Source: an uncultured virus (IMG/VR IMGVR_UViG_3300050343_000139) (lineage: Duplodnaviria > Heunggongvirae > Uroviricota > Caudoviricetes). From it: DNA of 28,712 bases. The stretch lies in the IMG/VR virus record IMGVR_UViG_3300050343_000139. One strand, written 5' to 3'. A program made the position numbers and the translations under genes. How positions within the stretch are numbered: position 1 is the first letter of the stretch; each line of letters begins with the position of its first letter. The notes under the pieces were generated by a model. The model did no database searches, had not been told where the DNA came from, and saw only the letters and a list, made by a program, of their open reading frames with translations. Positions 16,437-25,075 of the stretch are shown piece after piece.

Positions 16437-16768
16437 TGAATAAGCCTACTTGTAACTGGTGTGAAGTAGAAATCTCACCAATAGTATTGGGACACTATCC
16501 AAACGGTACAGAGTTTATTAGTACGTTCTGTACTACATTTTGCGAAATGGAAAGCATGACAAACGGACTGTTTCGTAAGAGGAGCTTACTTAAAGATTTA
16601 TTCACAAAAAGTGACTGTGATGAATTCTTTAAATTTAAGAGACTTGGATTCATACCTGCTAAAGGAAGCAGAGCTGAGTCCGTTCATATAGGTGTAGAAC
16701 CTATGGCTCTATGGGATGATAACTCAAGTTGGAATATATTTGAGCAAGAATTTGTTCCTATAACATAA
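16436..16768 (+). CDS. Hypothetical protein with an N-terminal Zn finger (CNWC...CTTFC)
   Basis: TAATG coupling, GAGGAGG RBS. Confidence 0.8.
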   Translation: MNKPTCNWCEVEISPIVLGHYPNGTEFISTFCTTFCEMESMTNGLFRKRSLLKDLFTKSDCDEFFKFKRLGFIPAKGSRAESVHIGVEPMALWDDNSSWNIFEQEFVPIT

Positions 16769-16783
16769 AATATAAAATTGTTA

Positions 16784-16812
16784 GTAACCTTTTGTACAGC
16801 TTATAAGTCTAA
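16784..16812 (+). promoter_or_regulatory. ECF-sigma-type promoter 1 (GTAAC-N18-GTCTAA), overlapped by a palindrome
   Basis: One of four copies, each upstream of a gene on the coding strand. Confidence 0.7.
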
Positions 16813-16879
16813 GTTGTACAAAGGCGAAAGCAACAGACATCTGTATATCAGTAATGAGTACAGAAGAGGAGGAAGGTAA

Positions 16880-19015
16880 ATGAGACAAAAACTCATTTTT
16901 CATGAGGACTTAGAGTCCTTAAAGAATAGAATCCCTAACTTCACCGAGCGAATACCAAATAGACTCGATGATGGTACGAGATTCAATACAAATCTAACAG
17001 ACTCGTTAGAGATTATAGAAATACCAATAGGTCAAATTGTTTGGCTCTTCAGTAGGTATAGAGGTTGGGATGATGCAACAAGACAAGTTACACAAGATAT
17101 CCGAGCCAATATACAACAGTGGAGTGACCATAGATACATGTACGAGAATCATGTATGGAACATTGACGATGATGACCTTTACGAAGTGATAAGCGTTGTT
17201 TCACGTAAGTTAAAGTTAGACAACATATCATGGGGTAATCAATCAGACTACAGGGACTTAAATATGAACAAACATAGTTTGTTTATTATGGTTCTTGCAG
17301 ATGATGAGTCATGGGCACAAACTCAGGACAACTGGTTTGTATTACTAAATGGTATTCCAAAATTGTTGTGCAGAGATAGGTTCCATAGACACTCAACAAT
17401 GTGGTCTTTTTCTAGACCTGATGGTCACTTCTACCTTACAAGCTACAGTGGACGAAGTGCACTGTCTGAGGATAGGAACTATACAAGATGCTACAACTGT
17501 AGTTTGTATGACAAACCTAGGTCAAGAATGGTACCTGTCAAGGATATGAGACCAAGACAGAACTATAAGAACTGGAGTCGTGCAAAGAACCTTTGTGACG
17601 CATGTGTCAATCACTTAGCGGTACAAGATATAGCACACTTTGAAGTACCTATAGATGAAACCAACGCATCTAAGTTTGATTACTTAATAGTCAGACCAGG
17701 TGTACAAGAATCTGTAGATAGTCAGCGTGTAATGCAAGAAGATAAAACTTCTTGGGGTAGTAATAATGTAGGTAGGTTCATGAGAAGAAACATGGACTTA
17801 GTTATATACCTAATAGATGGAGAGAGTCTAACTCTAGGTGAATCAATTAACTTCGAGTATCCATTCGAAGTACATTCACATAGTTGGAATTACAGACCAT
17901 CGTTTTACTACACACACAATGCTGGTCACCCTGGTTCTGAGCTTCAGTCAGTCAGCACAACTGCTGATGCTGGTATGAATTTCCAAACGAGATGCGGACC
18001 GTTCTTGGGTATGGAATTAGAAGTAACTATCAGAGAAGATAGAGCAGACCAAAGTAACATACAAAGTGTGATGGAGAAAGCAGTAAGACTGTTTCATCCA
18101 ATGGATTATCCAAACAACTATAGACAACAAGGACCACACCAACTCTTATTTAGGAAAGATGACGGTAGCCTTGATAGTTATAAAGGTACTGAGTATGTTT
18201 CAATGCCATTGTCTTTAGATTATTGGAATAACGAAGTCCCAGATGTATTCTGGAATTATCTTAAGGATAACTTTCGAGCACTGAATGATGACAGATGTGG
18301 TATCCATATACACGTACCATGGGAATCATTGATAGTTGTTGAACGATGGATATTCCTTGAGTTGCTTGACACAATGGTTAACCACCCACTTTACAAGCCT
18401 CTATTCCAAACTATAACCCAAAGACCATCTGTGAGTTATGCAAGATGGGATAGGATAACTTATGAAGATAGAGTGGCAGACGATGAGGGTAGCTTGTGGA
18501 AAGCAAAGCATGCTGTATTTAATGTAGGTCTTAATGAGAAACAAACAAGTCCAGCATATAACGCTAAGTACATGGGACTCAATACACTCCATGACGAGAC
18601 TATGGAGTTGAGATACTTCCAAGGTAACACAGGACGCAATGGTATCTTAGGCAAAGCACAATTCGTAGGTGCTATGTGGGATATAGCCAAAGCGTATGGA
18701 CATCCATTTAAAGATTGGGATTATGAAAATGATAAACCACCCTTTGCATTAGTTGATATCATTAACGAGATTCAATGTAATGCTGGGGACATCTTACTTG
18801 GGTGGATTACAGTAGCAAGCACAACAGATGAGTTTGCTAGAAAACATAGTCATAAAAGATATGACCAACTTCGTAACTTAATTGCTGCTGCAATAGAGCG
18901 CGAAACATATAACTATGACTTTACAAAGAGTACAAAAGCCTGGTATGACTTGAATGGCATAGCACGCACTTATGTACAAGAAACAACAAACGACAAACAA
19001 GAAAGGACAGGATAA
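16880..19015 (+). CDS. Carboxylate-amine ligase (Amidoligase_2 / COOH-NH2 ligase, GS-GCS fold) with a ~370-aa N-terminal extension carrying CxxC pairs
   Basis: FLGMELEV, KDDGSL, GTEYVSMP, CGIHIHV, TMELRYFQG catalytic motifs. Confidence 0.88.
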   Translation: MRQKLIFHEDLESLKNRIPNFTERIPNRLDDGTRFNTNLTDSLEIIEIPIGQIVWLFSRYRGWDDATRQVTQDIRANIQQWSDHRYMYENHVWNIDDDDLYEVISVVSRKLKLDNISWGNQSDYRDLNMNKHSLFIMVLADDESWAQTQDNWFVLLNGIPKLLCRDRFHRHSTMWSFSRPDGHFYLTSYSGRSALSEDRNYTRCYNCSLYDKPRSRMVPVKDMRPRQNYKNWSRAKNLCDACVNHLAVQDIAHFEVPIDETNASKFDYLIVRPGVQESVDSQRVMQEDKTSWGSNNVGRFMRRNMDLVIYLIDGESLTLGESINFEYPFEVHSHSWNYRPSFYYTHNAGHPGSELQSVSTTADAGMNFQTRCGPFLGMELEVTIREDRADQSNIQSVMEKAVRLFHPMDYPNNYRQQGPHQLLFRKDDGSLDSYKGTEYVSMPLSLDYWNNEVPDVFWNYLKDNFRALNDDRCGIHIHVPWESLIVVERWIFLELLDTMVNHPLYKPLFQTITQRPSVSYARWDRITYEDRVADDEGSLWKAKHAVFNVGLNEKQTSPAYNAKYMGLNTLHDETMELRYFQGNTGRNGILGKAQFVGAMWDIAKAYGHPFKDWDYENDKPPFALVDIINEIQCNAGDILLGWITVASTTDEFARKHSHKRYDQLRNLIAAAIERETYNYDFTKSTKAWYDLNGIARTYVQETTNDKQERTG

Positions 19016-19019
19016 TAAT

Positions 19020-20003
19020 ATGTGTGTAATAGCAAGTATTCCTGCAGGAAAAACAATAGACGACAAGACGTTCGAACAAATGTGGAGTAGAAACCCAGAC
19101 GGTGGCGGTATCGCTTACATTACAGACTCAGACAAGATTGAGGTATTCAAATCTATGGATGAGAAAGAACTGTTAGCACAATACAAAGTGATAAGTAAAA
19201 AGCATGGTAATCATGACATGCTTATCCACATGCGTATTGCGACTCACGGTTCTGTATGTATGGATAACAATCATCCATTTTGGATTGACCCACATACAGT
19301 GTTCGCACACAACGGTATATTGCCTAACCACTTTCATCCATCTGCTAAGTCAGACTTGTCTGACACAAGATACTTTAACCAAGTATATTTGCAGTATGTG
19401 AAGCCAGTGGCGTTCGATGACGAAGGATTCCGTGAGCAATTGGGTGAGATTATTGGCTTCAACAAGCTGGTAATACTATCAACCAATGCTAAGTTACGTA
19501 AAGAATCTTACATAATCAACGAACGACAAGGCAGTTGGGAAAATGGTGTATGGTATTCAAACACACATCACCTACCAACGCAGAGTTTTGTATTCGGTGG
19601 TGGCAAAACAAACTACAAGACAACTAAAAGAAAGACCAAGTCTTCATCACGATATCAGTTAGACCTAACAAGTAGTACTGATAAAGGGTACATGGTCAAT
19701 CCAGAACTGTATACTGACCCGACCTTTGTTGAGTCAGTCAATGCAATGCTAGATTACACTGGGTTCAAGGATGTAGAAGACATGCTTATTGAATATGAGA
19801 TGGAAGTCAATCCAGTAACAGGTGACTTTGTTTGCTTAGCTTGTGGTGAGGCAGTAAGTACAGACACAAAAAGAGCGTGTCTAAGTGACTGTTGGGCTAC
19901 AGAAATGTTAGGACTTGGTTCAGAGTATGACGACCAAGAATGGCAAATGGATTCATGCGATGTAAGAATCGATGTAGATAAAATAGCTAGGGACTCTAAG
20001 TAG
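19020..20003 (+). CDS. Class II (Ntn) glutamine amidotransferase with a C-terminal Cys4 domain
   Basis: Start re-set to ATG 19020 (AAAGGA RBS), giving M-C2-VIA; RNPDGGG, HMRIATHG, NNHPF, AHNG, SDTR; CLAC...CLSDC tail. Confidence 0.92.
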   Translation: MCVIASIPAGKTIDDKTFEQMWSRNPDGGGIAYITDSDKIEVFKSMDEKELLAQYKVISKKHGNHDMLIHMRIATHGSVCMDNNHPFWIDPHTVFAHNGILPNHFHPSAKSDLSDTRYFNQVYLQYVKPVAFDDEGFREQLGEIIGFNKLVILSTNAKLRKESYIINERQGSWENGVWYSNTHHLPTQSFVFGGGKTNYKTTKRKTKSSSRYQLDLTSSTDKGYMVNPELYTDPTFVESVNAMLDYTGFKDVEDMLIEYEMEVNPVTGDFVCLACGEAVSTDTKRACLSDCWATEMLGLGSEYDDQEWQMDSCDVRIDVDKIARDSK

Positions 20004-20026
20004 TCTCTAGCGGAAAGGATATAAAT

Positions 20027-20413
20027 ATGGCAGTTCCAAAATGGAATTTAGAATTAGTAAAACGTGATATAGAAGGAATAAAGTTATTAGCAGATGGCAC
20101 AATAAATGTTGAAGTACGTGACGAGGGTACAGCTACCTACGTTAGACATGGTCATCTCGATATAACTTTAAGTGATATATTTCCAGACATAGAATCGGAT
20201 ACGGATGACAACCCTCAAAACTACACTGATATGCAGGATGCAATACTCCAGTACATATATGACGAAGGTATTGTATACGACTATGAACTTACTGAAGAAG
20301 ACTTTCACGACCACGATAGTGAGGACATAACCATGAACGAAATTAATCTATACAACAGTCAGGGTGCAAGTGTTACACCTGAAGAAGTAGACAACATGCT
20401 CGAGGGAGCATAG
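20027..20413 (+). CDS. Highly acidic protein, paralog of 20932-21303
   Basis: About 32 D/E versus 6 K/R in 128 aa (hand count); MAVPKWN start. Confidence 0.85.
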   Translation: MAVPKWNLELVKRDIEGIKLLADGTINVEVRDEGTATYVRHGHLDITLSDIFPDIESDTDDNPQNYTDMQDAILQYIYDEGIVYDYELTEEDFHDHDSEDITMNEINLYNSQGASVTPEEVDNMLEGA

Positions 20414-20424
20414 AAAGGAGCCCA

Positions 20425-20556
20425 ATGGGTTACTTAATAAACTTGTTCAAAGCAGAACAAAAAATAAACAATATCAAAAGTCAAGGGTACGATGATACCT
20501 TTGACTCAGTCATAGACGAATCGTTTATGAATAGAGATAGAAAGGACAATGAATAA
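20425..20556 (+). CDS. Hypothetical 43-aa protein
   Basis: AAAGGAG RBS; TAATG coupling to the next gene. Confidence 0.65.
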   Translation: MGYLINLFKAEQKINNIKSQGYDDTFDSVIDESFMNRDRKDNE

Positions 20557-20789
20557 TGCCTATGAGTAGATATCTAGTACAGGAAGAATACCGTGAAGAC
20601 GTTAGAGGTGTTCGTGTAGTACTTGTAGAAGCAGAAAGTAAAGAAGCCGTTATTGAAGATGGTGAATACGAAGTGCTTGATATAGTAGAAGAACTTGATT
20701 CATCAGCTGATTGTTATTCGACTAGTTTAGTTGATGACGTTCAGTTCTTACAATCTGGATGGACAGAACTTATAAAGGAGGATAAATAA
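20556..20789 (+). CDS. Acidic hypothetical protein
   Basis: ORF with RBS and TAATG coupling; VLVEAESKEAV motif common in small phage proteins. Confidence 0.8.
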   Translation: MPMSRYLVQEEYREDVRGVRVVLVEAESKEAVIEDGEYEVLDIVEELDSSADCYSTSLVDDVQFLQSGWTELIKEDK

Positions 20790-20932
20790 TGCCTAAGTTA
20801 TTTTACGCAAGTATATCAAAAGATATAACTGTTTATGCTGATGATGAACAAAACGCATTATACGAAATAAGAAAGATGTATCAAAACTTTGGAGAAAATC
20901 TTGAAGTTGAGATATTTGATGAGGAGGAATAA
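20789..20932 (+). CDS. Hypothetical 47-aa protein (MPKLFYASISKDITVYADDEQNA...FDEEE)
   Basis: AAAGGAGG RBS; TAATG coupling on both sides. Confidence 0.75.
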   Translation: MPKLFYASISKDITVYADDEQNALYEIRKMYQNFGENLEVEIFDEEE

Positions 20933-21303
20933 TGGCAGTACCAGATTGGAACAAGCCTAATTTTGTGATAGACGAAAGAGAAATAGCAGTCGACGAAGAT
21001 GGTCATACCTTTAGACAGATAGATGAAGGTAACTTACCTTTTGAAACTGGCACTACTGTGAGGGTAACTGAAAGAGTTAGTGGTATCGCAATGTACAGTG
21101 AGACCAGGTCTTTGGATTTACCTATATCAGAGATAATCGAGCATGCTAATTATATAGAGTACGAGATTAGAAATAGATATGACCTTGAAAGTCTTGCAGA
21201 AGATATGGCAAGAGAGATGGAATTCGACGACTATAACGACGATATTGAATACGACGACCACGATGCTAATGATTTTGAAATTGAATCAGCAGTAACTATA
21301 TAA
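20932..21303 (+). CDS. Highly acidic protein, paralog of 20027-20413
   Basis: About 34 D/E versus 9 K/R in 123 aa (hand count); MAVPDWN start. Confidence 0.85.
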   Translation: MAVPDWNKPNFVIDEREIAVDEDGHTFRQIDEGNLPFETGTTVRVTERVSGIAMYSETRSLDLPISEIIEHANYIEYEIRNRYDLESLAEDMAREMEFDDYNDDIEYDDHDANDFEIESAVTI

Positions 21304-21315
21304 AGAAAGGACGAT

Positions 21316-22425
21316 ATGTTATTAGAAAATAGACTAAGTGAAGATAGAAAAGCACAAATACAAAGACAACTAACCTATAACAGTGATACTTCAATTCACG
21401 GTTATAGTTACAGACCAGACTACTTCTTTGTTGGTGGAGAACAGATGCTAGAAAGCTGGACCTCTCCGACAAAAGTAAACAGTAAGTTCATAGATACACA
21501 AGGAGTACCTATGGGTTTCGAGTTAGAACTTGAGAAGAGGCACGATTGTTATGATGTTGATGAGAGAGTAGAAGAATTTCTCTACGAGCAAAATAAAACA
21601 ATGGGCTCTAAGTATTACGTCCATAGATTGAATACCTATGCAAACGACGTAACAGCGAAGATAAACAATCTAGTACCACACTTGCTATATGCAAAGACTG
21701 ATAGTTCTCTTGATAATGGTGTGGAGTTTGTTACTCAGCCAATGACATTGGAAGTACACAAAGGTGTTGGTTATGTATTTGACAAGTACAATGATGCTTT
21801 AGCTGGGTATCAAAGAAGCACTACAGGTATGCACATACACATACCAAAAGGTGCATTCACAAATGCTCAGCTATATCTATGGATGTTCTTCATGGACATG
21901 TTAGGTACAGCAAGTGTCAGACATCAGAAGTTCGGAAACGTGCTTACACTTATTGGACAACGTGAGTTCAACAGTTGGGCAAGATTCGAAAAACCATCAT
22001 ATGGTACAGGAGCTAAACATCAGTTAGCACAGGTAGCAATTGATAGAGTGGACCATGGTGGTACTAGATACAAGTATGTCAACTATCAGAACAGACCTAC
22101 TCTAGAGTTAAGGTTCTTCAAGGCCAACATGCTTGAGCATAGAATACTTAAGAACCTAGAGTTTGCTGACTCTACGTTTGAGTTTGTAAAGTATATAACA
22201 AGCAATGATTACGATGCTTCTGATATGCTGCACTTAGCAACATCACTAAGTGATTACTTTGGGTTCCTTGTTTCAAAAGGTGACAGGTATTCAAATCTTA
22301 AGAGTTATCTTGACAGATACAGAGATAGAATAAATATTCAAGGTCCAGTACTTGACGAAGAAGATACTGATGCTTTGGAAAATATTCTAACCGACGAATT
22401 GATAAGCGTAGTGGAAGGGGTTTAA
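21316..22425 (+). CDS. Second carboxylate-amine ligase (Amidoligase_2-like)
   Basis: PMGFELELE, KTDSSLDNGVEFVTQP, TTGMHIHI, TLELRFFK. Confidence 0.88.
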   Translation: MLLENRLSEDRKAQIQRQLTYNSDTSIHGYSYRPDYFFVGGEQMLESWTSPTKVNSKFIDTQGVPMGFELELEKRHDCYDVDERVEEFLYEQNKTMGSKYYVHRLNTYANDVTAKINNLVPHLLYAKTDSSLDNGVEFVTQPMTLEVHKGVGYVFDKYNDALAGYQRSTTGMHIHIPKGAFTNAQLYLWMFFMDMLGTASVRHQKFGNVLTLIGQREFNSWARFEKPSYGTGAKHQLAQVAIDRVDHGGTRYKYVNYQNRPTLELRFFKANMLEHRILKNLEFADSTFEFVKYITSNDYDASDMLHLATSLSDYFGFLVSKGDRYSNLKSYLDRYRDRINIQGPVLDEEDTDALENILTDELISVVEGV

Positions 22426-22544
22426 TGCAAGAACTAGTACTTAGTTATATAACTGTAGTACTTCTTACGCTACTACTACCTTTTGCATTCATCATATTTA
22501 TGGGTGTATTGCTTTTCTGGGAAGTAGAACGTAAAGCTAAGTAG
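22425..22544 (+). CDS. 39-aa single-TM microprotein
   Basis: TAATG coupling; MQELVLSYITVVLLTLLLPFAFIIFMGVLLFWEVERKAK. Confidence 0.7.
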   Translation: MQELVLSYITVVLLTLLLPFAFIIFMGVLLFWEVERKAK

Positions 22545-22545
22545 A

Positions 22546-22594
22546 TTAAACTATATAGGCGGTGTATGAAAGTGCACCGCTTGTTATAGCTTAA
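22546..22594 (+). terminator. Long GAAA-tetraloop hairpin closing the ligase operon (terminator or processing site)
   Basis: TAGGCGGTGTAT-GAAA-GTGCACCGCTTG with extended TTAAACTATA/TATAGCTTAA arms. Confidence 0.6.
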
Positions 22595-22603
22595 GCTAAT
22601 AAT

Positions 22604-22682
22604 GTAAGGCATAAGTAGGCAGACCAGCTTACATAACTAGACAAGGATTTCGTGGCGACAAAACGTAAGGCATAAGTAGGCA
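22604..22682. repeat. 18-bp perfect direct repeat GTAAGGCATAAGTAGGCA (22604-22621, 22665-22682)
   Basis: Exact match, 61-bp period, in a non-coding region. Confidence 0.9.
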
Positions 22683-22939
22683 AAAAAGGTTGAAAACGTT
22701 GAGGTTTCCTTAGTTCATTTCTATATAAAGATTTGGTAAATGAGTTATGATGCCCATCTGGTCAGGCATCTGCTAAAACTTACACACAAGCCAGTTTTTA
22801 TAGGGTTTAGGTATTTTGCACTCTTCCATCCTGGCTGGCTTAACAATTACACATTCATCAATAAACACAATATGTTGTGGTGTCTTCTCCCTTCTCTCAA
22901 TCACTACACATTAAATAGTCTTATTAATTAAATAAGTGT

Positions 22940-22968
22940 GTAACCTTTTTGCTCACCCTGCTGTCTAA
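22940..22968 (+). promoter_or_regulatory. ECF-sigma-type promoter 2 (GTAAC-N18-GTCTAA)
   Basis: TGTAACCTTTTT...GTCTAAGTATTG; near-identical to promoter 3. Confidence 0.75.
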
Positions 22969-22995
22969 GTATTGCAAGCAACAGAAAGTGTAAAA

Positions 22996-23205
22996 ATGTA
23001 TAAATTGTTTAGAGTATCTGGTTATTATACGCCCGAAGGGGAAGATTACCCATTTGAAGATTACCTAATCTTTGAAGGCGATGATACTGACGACTTACCT
23101 AAAGGTTATGAAGATGATGACATATTCTACTATGGGATTAATCCAAGTAATGTAGACAAAGAATATGACGGATTTGTAATTACAGAAAGTGTAGAGGTAA
23201 AATAA
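22996..23205 (+). CDS. Acidic 69-aa hypothetical protein
   Basis: ATG 22996 downstream of promoter 2; D/E/Y-rich. Confidence 0.8.
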   Translation: MYKLFRVSGYYTPEGEDYPFEDYLIFEGDDTDDLPKGYEDDDIFYYGINPSNVDKEYDGFVITESVEVK

Positions 23206-23303
23206 TGTTAGTAATACTATTAATATGCATAGCAATTGTTTTTGCTAGCGCGGAAGATTTGTGGAGTGATATAAAACAAGATAGAGAGGATACTTGGTTA
23301 TAG
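23205..23303 (+). CDS. 32-aa microprotein with a hydrophobic N-terminus
   Basis: TAATG coupling, GAGG RBS; MLVILLICIAIVFASAEDLWSDIKQDREDTWL. Confidence 0.55.
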   Translation: MLVILLICIAIVFASAEDLWSDIKQDREDTWL

Positions 23304-23924
23304 TCTTTCTATTTCAAGCTGTTGTGTAATCCAGTCAAGTATATCTTCCTTATCTTTACCTACTTGGCTTTGTACTAAAATACACCATTCTTCGTATGCT
23401 TCTTGAGAAACTTTAAATTTGTATTTACCAACTCTGATTGGTACTTCGGTTACTTCTTCTGTATCGTCTTCCTCATCAAAAGTTTGCATTAAGTCATCTA
23501 TGTCTTCTAAGTCCCATCCGACACCATCAAGACTACCTGTTTCTTCAACTATGTCTTTTAAGGAGATTAGTAACTCATCATTCTTCCAACCGCCAAGTTC
23601 AGTAAGTCTATTGTCAGCAATCAAATATGCTTGTGCCTCAGCATCATCTTTTATGTCTATTAAATACACAGGGACTTGCCATTCCGCACCTGTGTCTACT
23701 ATTCTGTCTGGAGCTGGGTCTCCTGCTTGTTGCATTTGTAGAAGCGTAATTAATCGACCATGACCTGCTAATAATTTATTAGTAGCTTTATTAATTAATA
23801 GAGGATTGGTAAATCCAAATCTGTTAATACTGTTGTAAAGAGTACCTATATCATGGTCTTTAGGGTTTAAATCAGCACCAGAAATTTCTTTAATGTTCCT
23901 GTACTCAATGTGTATTTTAGTCAT
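23298..23924 (-). CDS. ParB/Srx-like N-terminal-domain protein
   Basis: NPKDH, SINRFGFTNPLLI, LLAGHGRL, AYLIADNRLTELGGW; ATG 23924 overlaps the upstream stop. Confidence 0.9.
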   Translation of the reverse strand: MTKIHIEYRNIKEISGADLNPKDHDIGTLYNSINRFGFTNPLLINKATNKLLAGHGRLITLLQMQQAGDPAPDRIVDTGAEWQVPVYLIDIKDDAEAQAYLIADNRLTELGGWKNDELLISLKDIVEETGSLDGVGWDLEDIDDLMQTFDEEDDTEEVTEVPIRVGKYKFKVSQEAYEEWCILVQSQVGKDKEDILDWITQQLEIERL

Positions 23925-24618
23925 TACAGTCTCCAGATGAACAATTGCATTCACCCTCTTCATCTATCATACCTTGTTCAAACAAGTTTTTACTAAAATC
24001 TGGACTCATTCCTATTTTAAATCCTAATTCAGTTAAAGCATCAAAAGTTTGTTGAACAAGCATTTTAGAATCAAAATCATCTTCCTTTCTCATTTCATCC
24101 ATAATTTCTCTACCTCTATTAAATGAATGCAAAAGTATTTCTGACATGACACCACCTTGATTTTTATTATCTTTCTCTAATTTAGATTCAGTATAGAGTA
24201 GTTTACCATTATCATCTCGACCATACTTATCAAAAGATGAATATACGATACCATCTTTATTTAGCAACATTCCCATTACCAACTCTTCAGAGTTTATGTC
24301 TTCTGATAAAGACTCAGTAAGATTTTGCACATCTTCATCTTTATCAAACTTTCGTACAAAAGCGTCGCTAAAAATTGACAGGTAGTCAAATTCAAAAATT
24401 ATATTAGCCATAGCGCCACTTGCATAAAGTGATTCTTTTTTGTCTTTATCCATATCATTTGGAAATATAATTACTAAATCAGACTGAGATTTATTTTTTT
24501 TGTAAAAAGAAATTAAAGGAGATGGGGAGACCCCTATATTGTCATTCATTTCTTGAGTCATGTGCTTGTAAGATTCTCTGTCTTCTTGAAAACTTTTAAC
24601 TAATCGTTGTTTGTTCAT
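23917..24618 (-). CDS. Hypothetical protein
   Basis: 233-aa ORF coupled to its neighbours. Confidence 0.8.
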   Translation of the reverse strand: MNKQRLVKSFQEDRESYKHMTQEMNDNIGVSPSPLISFYKKNKSQSDLVIIFPNDMDKDKKESLYASGAMANIIFEFDYLSIFSDAFVRKFDKDEDVQNLTESLSEDINSEELVMGMLLNKDGIVYSSFDKYGRDDNGKLLYTESKLEKDNKNQGGVMSEILLHSFNRGREIMDEMRKEDDFDSKMLVQQTFDALTELGFKIGMSPDFSKNLFEQGMIDEEGECNCSSGDCND

Positions 24619-24803
24619 ACTTCTTCTACCTCTCCGTTTCTTACATAGTCGTAAGGACTGTAGTTATTTAAAGACCAAAAAAGTTTATTAAAAATTTTTG
24701 TAGTCACTTTATAAATTATTACTTTTGCAATACTGTCTCGTGAGTCATACTTTTCTAATATCGTTAGACAAAGCTCACTAGCTTTACGTTTTATTTTATT
24801 CAT
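24615..24803 (-). CDS. Hypothetical protein
   Basis: ATGA/TAATG coupling. Confidence 0.7.
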   Translation of the reverse strand: MNKIKRKASELCLTILEKYDSRDSIAKVIIYKVTTKIFNKLFWSLNNYSPYDYVRNGEVEEV

Positions 24804-24994
24804 TAATCTGTTTCCTCTCTAGTTGTCCACATATCAAAACTGTATTCAACTTCTTTACCTACTTGAACAAGTAAAGACATTACATACGCCTCAGCATCAG
24901 ATAATTCAGTATCATCTGCAAAACGAAACGTCACTGCTAAGTCGTTTGTTAATTGTTTTCTATCGGGATTTTTATATTTGTATATTTCTTGCAT
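24803..24994 (-). CDS. Hypothetical protein (MQEIYKYKNPDRK...)
   Basis: AGGAAGG RBS before ATG 24994; the track's TTG start lies inside promoter 3. Confidence 0.75.
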   Translation of the reverse strand: MQEIYKYKNPDRKQLTNDLAVTFRFADDTELSDAEAYVMSLLVQVGKEVEYSFDMWTTREETD

Positions 24995-25014
24995 TAAATT
25001 CCTTCCTACAATAC

Positions 25015-25043
25015 TTAGACTATGCAATCTATAAAAAGGTTAC
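25015..25043 (-). promoter_or_regulatory. ECF-sigma-type promoter 3 (GTAAC-N18-GTCTAA)
   Basis: Minus strand TGTAACCTTTTTATAGATTGCATAGTCTAAGTATTG. Confidence 0.75.
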
Positions 25044-25075
25044 ATAATTTAAATAATATTTCTATCACTTACCAG

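Noticed and set aside
18972..19019. Track start of the GATase at 18972
   Set aside because: Ntn amidotransferases need Cys at position 2; ATG 19020 gives this and has an RBS.
13756..19401. ORFs 13756, 14591, 15083, 15913, 18401, 18460, 18878 (minus) and 17349, 19204 (plus, alternate frame)
   Set aside because: They overlap stronger RBS-bearing plus-strand genes.
20480..20505. Hairpin GTCAAGGGTA...TACCTTTGAC as a terminator
   Set aside because: Lies inside the 20425-20556 ORF and has no U-tract.
20789..20932. Pup/LysW-like tag suggested by the C-terminal EEE
   Set aside because: The Glu codons are the overlapping GAGGAGG RBS of the next gene; there is no GGE or EDWGE motif.
22604..22682. 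Mini-CRISPR array
   Set aside because: Only two 18-bp repeats, non-palindromic and too short, with no cas genes.
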